The notes beneath the pieces are model-generated. The model was given only the letters and a program-made list of their open reading frames with translations. It was not told where the DNA came from and made no database searches. This document shows, piece by piece, positions 1 through 12,462 of a stretch of 26,666 nucleotides of DNA; the stretch's first letter is position 1, and each line of letters begins with the position of its first letter. The translations under genes and the position numbers were made by a program. This DNA comes from Malacoraja senta (Eukaryota): positions 62,001-88,666 of the forward strand of contig JAXLNO010000278.1 in NCBI GenBank assembly GCA_038087875.1, in the 5' to 3' direction.

Positions 1-77
1 GCAAGGTGGCCACAAATCCGACATGGTAGCCATATTTCCGGCAAGTTCGCAATAAATCCGGCATGGTGGCCACAAAT

Positions 78-3000
78 CAGGGAAGGTCGCCATATTCCCG
101 GCAAAGTCGCCATAAATCCGGCAAGGTCGCAATAAATCCGGCAAGGTCGACACAAATGCGTCAAGGTCGACATATATCCGGCAAGGTCGCCATAAATCCG
201 GCAAGGTCGCCATAAATCCGGCAAGGTCGCCACATATCCGGCAAGGTCGCCACTAATCCGGCAAAGTCGCCATAAATCCGCAAGGTCGCCATAAATCGGG
301 CAAAGTCGCCATATTTCAGGCAAGGTCGCCATAAATCCGGCAAGGTCGCCACAAATTCGGCATGTTTGCCATATATCCGGCAAGGACGCCATATTTCCGG
401 CAAGGTCGCCAGAAATCCGGCAAGGTCGCCATATTTCCGGCAAGGTCGCAATAAATCCGGAAAGGTCTCCACAAATCCGGCAAGGTCGCATATTTCCGAC
501 GTGGTCGTCATAAATCCGGCAAGGTGGCCACAAATCCGACATGGTAGCCATATTTCCGGCAAGTTCGCCATAAATCCGGCATGGTGGCCACAAATCAGGG
601 AAGGTCGCCATATTTCCGGCAAAGTCGCCATAAATCCGGCAAGGTCGCAATAAATCCGGCAAGGTCGCCACAAATGCGTCAAGGTCGCCATATATCCGGC
701 AAGGTCGCCATAAATCCGGCAAGGTCGCCATAAATCCGGCAAGGTCGCCACCTATCCGGCAAGGTCGCCACTAATCCGGCAAGGTCGCCATAAATCCGCA
801 AGGTCGCCATAAATCCGGCAAAGTCGCCATATTTCAGGCAAGGTCGCCATAAATCCGGCAAGGTCGCCACAAATTCGGCAAGGTCGCCATATATCCGGCA
901 AGGACGCCATATTTCCGGCAAGGTCGCCAGAAATCCGGCAAGGTTGCCATATTTCCGGCAAGGTCGCCATAAATCCGGCAAGGTCTCCTCAAATCCGGCA
1001 AGGTCGCCATATTTCCGACATGGTCGTCATAAATCCGGCAAGGTGGCCACAAATCCGACAAGGTAGCCATATTTCCGGCAAGTTCGCCATAAATCCGGCA
1101 TGGTGGCCACAAATCAGGGAAGGTCGCCATAAATCCGGCAAGGTCGCCACATTTCCGGCATGGACGCCATATATCCGGCAAGGTCGGCACAAATCCGGCA
1201 AGGTCGCCACATTCCTGGCAAGGTCGCCATATTTCCTGCCAGGTCGCCATAAATCCGGCAATGTCGCCACAAATGAGGCAAGGTCGCCATATTTCCGGCA
1301 AGCTCGCCATAAATCCGGCAAGTTCGCCACAAATGCGTCAAGGTCCACATATTGCCGGCAAGGTCGCCATAAATCCGGCAAGGTCCCCACAAATTCGGCA
1401 AGGTCGCCATATATCCGGCAAGGACGCCATATATCCGGCAAGGTCGCCACAAATCCGGCAAGGTTGCCATATTTCCGGCAAGGTCGCCACAAATCCGGCA
1501 AGGTCTCCACAAATCCGGCAAGGTCGCCATATTTCCGACATGGTCGTCATAAATCCGGCATGGTGGCCACAAATGCGACAAGGTAGCCATATTTATGGCA
1601 AGTTCGCCATAAATCCGGCATGGTGGCCACAAATCAGGGAAGGTCGCCACAAATCCGGCAAGGTCGCCTCATTTCCGACGTGGTCGTCATAAATCCGGCA
1701 AGGTGGCCACAAATCCGACATGGTAGCCATATTTCCGGCAAGTTCGCCATAAATCCGGCATGGTGGCCACAAATCAGGGAAGGTCGCCATATTTCCGGCA
1801 AGGTCGCCATAAATCCGGCAAGGTCGCCATAAATCCGGCAAGGTCGCCACCTATCCGGCAAGGTCGCCACTAATCCGGCAAGGTCGCCATAAATCCGCAA
1901 GTCGCCATAAATCCGGCAAAGTCGCCATATTTCAGGCAAGGTCGCCATAAATCCGGCAAGGTCGCCACAAATTCGGCAAGGTCGCCATATATCCGGCAAG
2001 GACGCCATATTTCCGGCAAGGTCGCCAGAAATCCGGCAAGGTTGCCATATTTCCGGCAAGGTCGCCATAAATCCGGCAAGGTCTCCTCAAATCCGGCAAG
2101 GTCGCCATATTTCCGACATGGTCGTCATAAATCCGGCAAGGTGGCCACAAATCCGACAAGGTAGCCATATTTCCGGCAAGTTCGCCATAAATCCGGCATG
2201 GTGGCCACAAATCAGGGAAGGTCGCCATAAATCCGGCAAGGTCGCCACATTTCCGGCATGGACGCCATATATCCGGCAAGGTCGGCACAAATCCGGCAAG
2301 GTCGCCACATTCCTGGCAAGGTCGCCATATTTCCTGCAAGGTCGCCATAAATCCGGCAATGTCGCCACAAATGAGGCAAGGTCGCCATATTTCCGGCAAG
2401 CTCGCCATAAATCCGGCAAGTTCGCCACAAATGCGTCAAGGTCCACATATTGCCGGCAAGGTCGCCATAAATCCGGCAAGGTCCCCACAAATTCGGCAAG
2501 GTCGCCATATATCCGGCAAGGACGCCATATATCCGGCAAGGTCGCCACAAATCCGGCAAGGTTGCCATATTTCCGGCAAGGTCGCCACAAATCCGGCAAG
2601 GTCTCCACAAATCCGGCAAGGTCGCCATATTTCCGACATGGTCGTCATAAATCCGGCATGGTGGCCACAAATCCGACAAGGTAGCCATATTTATGGCAAG
2701 TTCGCCATAAATCCGGCATGGTGGCCACAAATCAGGGAAGGTCGCCACAAATCCGGCAAGGTCGCCTCATTTCCGGCATGGACGCCATAAATCCGGCAAG
2801 GTTCGGCACAAATCCGGCAAGGTCGCCACATTCCCGGCAAGGTCGCCATATTTCCTGCAAGGTCGCCATAAATCCGGCAATGTCGCCACAAATGAGGCAA
2901 GGTCGCCATATTTCCGGCAAGCTCGCCATAAATCCGGCAAGGTCGCCACAAATGCGTCAAGGTCGACATATTTCCGGCAAGGTCGCCATAAATCTGGCAA

Positions 3001-4091
3001 TGTCGCCACAAATCCGGCAAGGTAGCCATAAATCCGGCAAGCTCGCCATAAATCCGGCAAAGTCGCCATATTTCAGGCAAGGTCGCCATAAATCCGGCAA
3101 GGTCTCCACAGATCCGGCAAGGGCGCCATGTTTCCGACATGGTCGTCATAAATCCGGCAAAGTCGCCATATTTCACGCAAGGTCGCCATAAATCCGGCAA
3201 GGTCGCCACAAATTCGGCAAGGTCGCCATATATCCGACAAGGACGCCTTATATCCGGCAAGGTCGCCACAAATCCGGCAAGGTTGTCATATTTCCGGCAA
3301 GGTCGCCATAAATCCGGCAAGGTCGCCACAAATTCGGCAAGGTCGCCATATTTCCGGCAAGGTCGCCATAAATCCGGCAAGGTCGCCATAAATCCGGTAA
3401 AGTCGCCATATTTCAGGCAAGGTCGCCATAAATCCGGCAAGGTCGCCACAAATTCGGCAAGGTCGCCATATATCCGGCAAGGACGCCATATATCCGGCAA
3501 GGTCGCCACAAATCTGGCAAGGTCGCCATAAATCCGGAAAGGTCTCCACAAATCCGGCAAGGTCGCCATATTTCCGACAGTCGTCATAAATCCGGCAAGG
3601 TGGCCACAAATCCGACATGGTAGCCATATTTCCGGCAAGTTCGCCATAAATCCGGCATGGTGGCCACAAATCAGGGAAGGTCGCCATATTTCCGGCAAAG
3701 TCGCCATAAATCCGGCAAGGTCGCCATAAATCCGGCAAGGTCGCCACAAATCCGGCAAGGTCGCCATAAATCCGGCAAGGTCGCCATATATCCGGCAAAG
3801 TCGCCATATTTCAGGCAAGGTCGCCATAAATCCGGCAAGGTCGCCACAAATTCGGCAAGGTCGCCATATATCCGGCAAGGACGCCATATATCCGGCAAGG
3901 TCGCCACAAATCCGGCAAGGTTGCCATATTTCCGGCAAGGTCGCCATAAATCCGGAAAGGTCTCCACAAATCCGGCAAGGTCGCCATATTTCCGACGTGG
4001 TCGTCATAAATCCGGCAAGGTGGCCACAAATCCGACATGGTAGCCATATTTCCGGCAAGTTCGCAATAAATCCGGCATGGTGGCCACAAAT
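78..4091. repeat. Higher-order repeat (HOR) copy 1, 4014 bp = 2916-bp unit plus 1098-bp internal duplication
   Basis: The anchor CAGGGAAGG(T/A)CGCCATATTCCC recurs at 78, 4092, 7008, 9966 and 12463. ORF-track pairs are offset by 4014 (161/4175, 366/4380, 679/4693) and internally by 1098 (834/1932, 989/2087, 1020/2118). Confidence 0.9.
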
Positions 4092-7007
4092 CAGGGAAGG
4101 TCGCCATATTCCCGGCAAAGTCGCCATAAATCCGGCAAGGTCGCAATAAATCCGGCAAGGTCGACACAAATGCGTCAAGGTCGACATATATCCGGCAAGG
4201 TCGCCATAAATCCGGCAAGGTCGCCATAAATCCGGCAAGGTCGCCACATATCCGGCAAGGTCGCCACTAATCCGGCAAAGTCGCAATAAATCCGCAAGGT
4301 CGCCATAAATCCGGCAAAGTCGCCATATTTCAGGCAAGGTCGCCATAAATCCGGCAAGGTCGCCACAAATTCGGCATGTTTGCCATATATCCGGCAAGGA
4401 CGCCATATTTCCGGCAAGGTCGCCAGAAATCCGGCAAGGTCGCCATATTTCCGGCAAGGTCGCAATAAATCCGGAAAGGTCTCCACAAATCCGGCAAGGT
4501 CGCATATTTCCGACGTGGTCGTCATAAATCCGGCAAGGTGGCCACAAATCCGACATGGTAGCCATATTTCCGGCAAGTTCGCCATAAATCCGGCATGGTG
4601 GCCACAAATCAGGGAAGGTCGCCATATTTCCGGCAAAGTCGCCATAAATCCGGCAAGGTCGCAATAAATCCGGCAAGGTCGCCACAAATGCGTCAAGGTC
4701 GCCATATATCCGGCAAGGTCGCCATAAATCCGGCAAGGTCGCCATAAATCCGGCAAGGTCGCCACCTATCCGGCAAGGTCGCCACTAATCCGGCAAGGTC
4801 GCCATAAATCCGCAAGGTCGCCATAAATCCGGCAAAGTCGCCATATTTCAGGCAAGGTCGCCATAAATCCGGCAAGGTCGCCACAAATTCGGCAAGGTCG
4901 CCATATATCCGGCAAGGACGCCATATTTCCGGCAAGGTCGCCAGAAATCCGGCAAGGTTGCCATATTTCCGGCAAGGTCGCCATAAATCCGGCAAGGTCT
5001 CCTCAAATCCGGCAAGGTCGCCATATTTCCGACATGGTCGTCATAAATCCGGCAAGGTGGCCACAAATCCGACAAGGTAGCCATATTTCCGGCAAGTTCG
5101 CCATAAATCCGGCATGGTGGCCCACAAATCAGGGAAGGTCGCCATAAATCCGGCAAGGTCGCCACATTTCCGGCATGGACGCCATATATCCGGCAAGGTC
5201 GGCACAAATCCGGCAAGGTCGCCACATTCCTGGCAAGGTCGCCATATTTCCTGCAAGGTCGCCATAAATCCGGCAATGTCGCCACAAATGAGGCAAGGTC
5301 GCCATATTTCCGGCAAGCTCGCCATAAATCCGGCAAGTTCGCCACAAATGCGTCAAGGTCACATATTGCCGGCAAGGTCGCCATAAATCCGGCAAGGTCC
5401 CCACAAATTCGGCAAGGTCGCCATATATCCGGCAAGGACGCCATATATCCGGCAAGGTCGCCACAAATCCGGCAAGGTTGCCATATTTCCGGCAAGGTCG
5501 CCACAAATCCGGCAAGGTCTCCACAAATCCGGCAAGGTCGCCATATTTCCGACATGGTCGTCATAAATCCGGCATGGTGGCCACAAATCCGACAAGGTAG
5601 CCATATTTATGGCAAGTTCGCCATAAATCAGGCATGGTGGCCGCAAATCAGGGAAGGTCGCCACAAATCCGGCAAGGTCGCCTCATTTCCGGCATGGACG
5701 CCATAAATCCGGCAAGGTTCGGCACAAATCCGGCAAGGTCGCCACATTCCCGGCAAGGTCGCCATATTTCCTGCAAGGTCGCCATAAATCCGGCAATGTC
5801 GCCACAAATGAGGCAAGGTCGCCATATTTCCGGCAAGCTCGCCATAAATCCGGCAAGGTCGCCACAAATGCGTCAAGGTCGACATATTTCCGGCAAGGTC
5901 GCCATAAATCTGGCAATGTCGCCACAAATCCGGCAAGGTAGCCATAAATCCGGCAAGGTCGCCATAAATCCGGCAAAGTCGCCATATTTCAGGCAAGGTC
6001 GCCATAAATCCGGCAAGGTCTCCACAGATCCGGCAAGGTCGCCATGTTTCCGACATGGTCGTCATAAATCCGGCAAAGTCGCCATATTTCACGCAAGGTC
6101 GCCATAAATCCGGCAAGGTCGCCACAAATTCGGCAAGGTCGCCATATATCCGACAAGGACGCCTTATATCCGGCAAGGTCGCCACAAATCCGGCAAGGTT
6201 GTCATATTTCCGGCAAGGTCGCCATAAATCCGGCAAGGTCGCCACAAATTCGGCAAGGTCGCCATATTTCCGGCAAGGTCGCCATAAATCCGGCAAGGTC
6301 GCCATAAATCCGGCAAAGTCGCCATATTTCAGGCAAGGTCGCCATAAATCCGGCAAGGTCGCCACAAATTCGGCAAGGTCGCCATATATCCGGCAAGGAC
6401 GCCATATATCCGGCAAGGTCGCCACAAATCTGGCAAGGTCGCCATAAATCCGGAAAGGTCTCCACAAATCCGGCAAGGTCGCCATATTTCCGACAGTCGT
6501 CATAAATCCGGCAAGGTGGCCACAAATCCGACATGGTAGCCATATTTCCGGCAAGTTCGCCATAAATCCGGCATGGTGGCCACAAATCAGGGAAGGTCGC
6601 CATATTTCCGGCAAAGTCGCCATAAATCCGGCAAGGTCGCCATAAATCCGGCAAGGTCGCCACAAATCCGGCAAGGTCGCCATAAATCCGGCAAGGTCGC
6701 CATATATCCGGCAAAGTCGCCATATTTCAGGCAAGGTCGCCATAAATCCGGCAAGGTCGCCACAAATTCGGCAAGGTCGCCATATATCCGGCAAGGACGC
6801 CATATATCCGGCAAGGTCGCCACAAATCCGGCAAGGTTGCCATATTTCCGGCAAGGTCGCCATAAATCCGGAAAGGTCTCCACAAATCCGGCAAGGTCGC
6901 CATATTTCCGACGTGGTCGTCATAAATCCGGCAAGGTGGCCACAAATCCGACATGGTAGCCATATTTCCGGCAAGTTCGCAATAAATCCGGCATGGTGGC
7001 CACAAAT
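4092..7007. repeat. HOR copy 2, canonical 2916-bp unit (146 monomers: 26+26+26+47+21)
   Basis: The CAGGGAAGG marker monomer lies at 4092, 4610, 5130, 5649, 6588 and 7008 (spacings 518, 520, 519, 939, 420). ORF pairs are offset by 2916 (3139/6055, 3657/6573, 3811/6727). Confidence 0.92.
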
Positions 7008-9965
7008 CAGGGAAGGACGCCATATTCCCCGCAAAGTCGCCATAATTCCGGCAAGGTCGCAATAAATCCGGCAAGGTCGACACAAATGCGTCAAGGTCGA
7101 CATATATCCGGCAAGGTCGCCATAAATCCGGCAAGGTCGCCATAAATCCGGCAAGGTCGCCACATATCCGGCAAGGTCGCCACTAATCCGGCAAAGTCGC
7201 CATAAATCCGCAAGGTCGCCATAAATCCGGCAAAGTCGCCATATTTCAGGCAAGGTCGCCATAAATCCGGCAAGGTCGCCACAAATTCGGCATGTTTGCC
7301 ATATATCCGGCAAGGACGCCATATTTCCGGCAAGGTCGCCAGAAATCCGGCAAGGTCGCCATATTTCCGGCAAGGTCGCAATAAATCCGGAAAGGTCTCC
7401 ACAAATCCGGCAAGGTCGCCATATTTCCGACGTGGTCGTCATAAATCCGGCAAGGTGGCCACAAATCCGACATGGTAGCCATATTTCCGGCAAGTTCGCC
7501 ATAAATCCGGCATGGTGGCCACAAATCAGGGAAAGTCGCCATATTTCCGGCAAAGTCGCCATAAATCCGGCAAGGTCGCAATAAATCCGGCAAGGTCGCC
7601 ACAAATGCGTCAAGGTCGAAAGATATCCGGCAAGGTCGCCATAAATCCGGCAAGGTCGCCATAAATCCGGCAAGGTCGCCACCTATCCGGCAAGGTCGCC
7701 ACTAATCCGGCAAGGTCGCCATAAATCCGCAAGGTCGCCATAAATCCGGCAAAGTCGCCATATTTCAGGCAAGGTCGCCATAAATCCGGCAAGGTCGCCA
7801 CATTTCCGGCATGGACGCCATATATCCGGCAAGGTCGGCACAAATCCGGCAAGGTCGCCACATTCCTGGCAAGGTCGCCATATTTCCTGCAAGGTCGCCA
7901 TAAATCCGGCAATGTCGCCACAAATGAGGCACGGTCCCCATATTTCCGGCAAGCTCGCCATAAATCCGGCAAGTTCGCCACAAATGCGTCAAGGTCCACA
8001 TATTGCCGGCAAGGTCGCCATAAATCCGGCAAGGTCCCCACAAATTCGGCAAGGTCGCCATATATCCGGCAAGGACGCCATATATCCGGCAAGGTCGCCA
8101 CAAATCCGGCAAGGTTGCCATATTTCCGGCAAGGTCGCCACAAATCCGGCAAGGTCTCCACAAATCCGGCAAGGTCGCCATATTTCCGACATGGTCGTCA
8201 TAAATCCGGCATGGTGGCCACAAATCCGACAAGGTAGCCATATTTATGGCAAGTTCGCCATAAATCCGGCATGGTGGCCACAAATCAGGGAAGGTCGCCA
8301 CAAATCCAGCAACGTCGCCTCATTTCCGGCATGGACGCCATAAATCCGGCAAGCTTCGGCACAAATCCGGCAAGGTCGCCACATTCCCGGCAAGGTCGCC
8401 ATATTTCCTGCAAGGTCGCCATAAATCCGGCAATGTCGCCACAAATGAGGCAAGGTCGTCATATTTCCGGCAAGCTCGCCATAAATCCGGCAAGGTCGCC
8501 ACAAATGCGTCAAGGTCGACATATTTCCGGCAAGGTCGCCATAAATCTGGCAATGTCGCCACAAATCCGGCAAGGTAGCCATAAATCCGGCAAGGTCCCC
8601 ACAAATTCGGCAAGGTCGCCATATATCCGGCAAGGACGCCATATATCCGGCAAGGTCGCCACAAATCCGGCAAGGTTGCCATATTTCCGGCAAGGTCGCC
8701 ACAAATCCGGCAAGGTCTCCACAAATCCGGCAAGGTCGCCATATTTCCGACATGGTCGTCATAAATCCGGCATGGTGGCCACAAATCCGACAAGGTAGCC
8801 ATATTTATGGCAAGTTCGCCATAAATCCGGCATGGTGGCCACAAATCAGGGAAGGTCGCCACAAATCCAGCAACGTCGCCTCATTTCCGGCATGGACGCC
8901 ATAAATCCGGCAAGCTTCGGCACAAATCCGGCAAGGTCGCCACATTCCCGGCAAGGTCGCCATATTTCCTGCAAGGTCGCCATAAATCCGGCAATGTCGC
9001 CACAAATGAGGCAAGGTCGTCATATTTCCGGCAAGCTCGCCATAAATCCGGCAAGGTCGCCACAAATGCGTCAAGGTCGACATATTTCCGGCAAGGTCGC
9101 CATAAATCTGGCAATGTCGCCACAAATCCGGCAAGGTAGCCATAACTCCGGCAAGGTCGCCATAAATCCGGCAAAGTCGCCATATTTCAGGCAAGGTCGC
9201 CATAAATCCGGCAAGGTCTCCACAGATCCGGCAAGGTCGCCATGTTTCAGACATGGTCGTCATAAATCCGGCAAAGTCGCCATATTTCACGCAAGGTCGC
9301 CATAAATCCGGCAAGGTCGCCACAAATTCGGCAAGGTCGCCATATATCCGGCAAGGACGCCATATATCCGGCAAGGTCGCCACAAATCCGGCAAGGTCGC
9401 CATAAATCCGGAAAGGTCTCCACAAATCCGGCAAGGTCGCCATATTTCCGACAGTCGTCATAAATCCGGCAAGGTGGCCACAAATCCGACATGGTAGCCA
9501 TATTTCCGGCAAGTTCGCCATAAATCCGGCATGGTGGCCACAAATCAGGGAAGGTCGCCATATTTCCGGCAAAGTCGCCATAAATCCGGCAAGGTCGCCA
9601 TAAGTCCGGCAAGGTCGCCACAAATCCGGCAAGGTCGCCATAAATCCGGCAAGGTCGCCATATATCCGGCAAAGTCGCCATATTTCAGGCAAGGTCGCCA
9701 TAAATCCGGCAAGGTCGCCACAAATTCGGCAAGGTCGCCATATATCCGGCAAGGACGCCATATATCCGGCAAGGTCGCCACAAATCCGGCAAGGTTGCCA
9801 TATTTCCGGCAAGGTCGCCATAAATCCGGAAAGGTCTCCACAAATCCGGCAAGGTCGCCATATTTCCGACGTGGTCGTCATAAATCCGGCAAGGTGGCCA
9901 CAAATCCGACATGGTAGCCATATTTCCGGCAAGTTCGCAATAAATCCGGCATGGTGGCCACAAAT
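7008..9965. repeat. HOR copy 3, 2958 bp (280-bp deletion, 561-bp duplication, 240-bp deletion relative to copy 2)
   Basis: Markers at 7008, 7527, 8286, 8847, 9546 and 9966 (519, 759, 561, 699, 420). ORF offsets are 2958 (6727/9685, 7091/10049) and 561 (8271/8832, 8320/8881). Confidence 0.88.
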
Positions 9966-12462
9966 CAGGGAAGGTCGCCATATTCCCGGCAAAGTCGCCA
10001 TAAATCCGGCAAGGTCGCAATAAATCCGGCAAGGTCGACACAAATGCGTCAAGGTCGACATATATCCGGCAAGGTCGCCATAAATCCGGCAAGGTCGCCA
10101 TAAATCCGGCAAGGTCGCCACATATCCGGCAAGGTCGCCACTAATCCGGCAAAGTCGCCATAAATCCGCAAGGTCGCCATAAATCCGGCAAAGTCGCCAT
10201 ATTTCAGGCAAGGTCGCCATAAATCCGGCAAGGTCGCCACAAATTCGGCATGTTTGCCATATATCCGGCAAGGACGCCATATTTCCGGCAAGGTCGCCAG
10301 AAATCCGGCAAGGTCGCCATATTTCCGGCAAGGTCGCAATAAATCCGGAAAGGTCTCCACAAATCCGGCAAGGTCGCCATATTTCCGACGTGGTCGTCAT
10401 AAATCCGGCAAGGTGGCCACAAATCCGACATGGTAGCCATATTTCCGGCAAGTTCGCCATAAATCCGGCATGGTGGCCACAAATCAGGGAAGGTCGCCAT
10501 ATTTCCGGCAAAGTCGCCATAAATCCGGCAAGGTCGCAATAAATCCGGCAAGGTCGCCACAAATGCGTCAAGGTCGACAGATATCCGGCAAGGTCGCCAT
10601 AAATCCGGCAAGGTCGCCATAAATCCGGCAAGGTCGCCACCTATCCGGCAAGGTCGCCACTAATCCGGCAAGGTCGCCATAAATCCGCAAGGTCGCCATA
10701 AATCCGGCAAAGTCGCCATATTTCAGGCAAGGTCGCCATAAATCCGGCAAGGTCGCCACAAATTCGGGAAGGTCGCCATATATCCGGCAAGGACGCCATA
10801 TTTCCGGCAAGGTCGCCAGAAATCCGGCAAGGTTGCCATATTTCCGGCAAGGTCGCCATAAATCCGGCAAGGTCTCCTCAAATCCGGCAAGGTCGCCATA
10901 TTTCCGACATGGTCGTCATAAATCCGGCAAGGTGGCCACAAATCCGACAAGGTAGCCATATTTCCGGCAAGTTCGCCATAAATCCGGCATGGTGGCCACA
11001 AATCAGGGAAGGTCGCCATAAATCCGGCAAGGTCGCCATATTTCCGGCATGGACGCCATATATCCGGCAAGGTCGGCACAAATCCGGCAAGGTCGCCACA
11101 TTCCTGGCAAGGTCGCCATATTTCCTGCAAGGTCGCCATAAATCCGGCAATGTCGCCACAAATGAGGCACGGTCGCCATATTTCCGGCAAGCTCGCCATA
11201 AATCCGGCAAGTTCGCCACAAATGTGTCAAGGTCCACATATTGCCGGCAAGGTCGCCATAAATCCGGCAAGGTCCCCACAAATTCGGCAAGGTCGCCATA
11301 TATCCGGCAAGGACGCCATATATCCGGCAAGGTCGCCACAAATCCGGCAAGGTTGCCATATTTCCGGCAAGGTCGCCACAAATCCGGCAAGGTCTCCACA
11401 AATCCGGCAAGGTCGCCATATTTCCGACATGGTCGTCATAAATCCAGCATGGTGGCCACAAATCCGACAAGGTAGCCATATTTATGGCAAGTTCGCCATA
11501 AATCCGGCATGGTGGCCACAAATCAGGGAAGGTCGCCACAAATCCAGCAACGTCGCCTCATTTCCGGCATGGACGCCATAAATCCGGCAAGGTTCGGCAC
11601 AAATCCGGCAAGGTCGCCACATTCCCGGCAAGGTCGCCATATTTCCTGCAAGGTCGCCATAAATCCGGCAATGTCGCCACAAATGAGGCAAGATCGCCAT
11701 ATTTCCGGCAAGCTCGCCATAAATCCGGCAAGGTCGCCACAAATGCGTCAAGGTCGACATATTTCCGGCAAGGTCGCCATAAATCTGGCAATGTCGCCAC
11801 AAATCCGGCAACGTAGCCATAAATCCGGCAAGGTCGCCATAAATCCGGCAAAGTCGCCATATTTCAGGCAAGGTCGCCATAAATCCGGCAAGGTCTCCAC
11901 AGATCCGGCAAGGTCGCCATGTTTCCGACATGGTCGTCATAAATCCGGCAAAGTCGCCATATTTCACGCAAGGTCGCCATAAATCCGGCAAGGTCGCCAC
12001 AAATTCGGCAAGGTCGCCATATATCCGGCAAGGACGCCATATATCCGGCAAGGTCGCCACAAATCCGGCAAGGTCGCCATAAATCCGGAAAGGTCTCCAC
12101 AAATCCGGCAAGGTCGCCATATTTCCGACAGTCGTCATAAATCCGGCAAGGTGGCCACAAATCCGACATGGTAGCCATATTTCCGGCAAGTTCGCCATAA
12201 ATCCGGCATGGTGGCCACAAATCAGGGAAGGTCGCCATATTTCCGGCAAAGTCGCCATAAATCCGGCAAGGTCGCCACAAATCCGGCAAGGTTGCCATAT
12301 TTCCGGCTAGGTCGCCATAAATCCGGAAAGGTCTCCACAAATCCGGCAAGGTCGCCATATTTCCGACGTGGTCGTCATAAATCCGGCAAGGTGGCCACAA
12401 ATCCGACATTGTAGCCATATTTCCGGCAAGTTCGCAATAAATCCGGCATGGTGGCCACAAAT
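9966..12462. repeat. HOR copy 4, 2497 bp (240-bp and 180-bp deletions relative to copy 2)
   Basis: Markers at 9966, 10485, 11004, 11524, 12223 and 12463 (519, 519, 520, 699, 240). ORF offset is 2497 (10049/12546, 10204/12701, 10568/13065). Confidence 0.88.

Noticed and set aside
21..60. AAAT versus ATTT tail as another micro-inversion
   Set aside because: The two are reverse complements, but the intermediate ATAT tail is common, so stepwise substitution is a sufficient explanation.
2691..10640. Long minus-strand ORFs (684, 684 and 611 aa) and all other ORFs with MATLPDLWRPCRIYGDLAGF-type or SGKVAINPARSP-type repeats
   Set aside because: The reverse complement of the monomer has an ATG and no stop codon, and since 20 is not divisible by 3 all three frames give the same 20-aa periodic peptide. 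The ORFs overlap in all frames, cross 1-2 bp indels freely and have no unique domain. They are translation artefacts.
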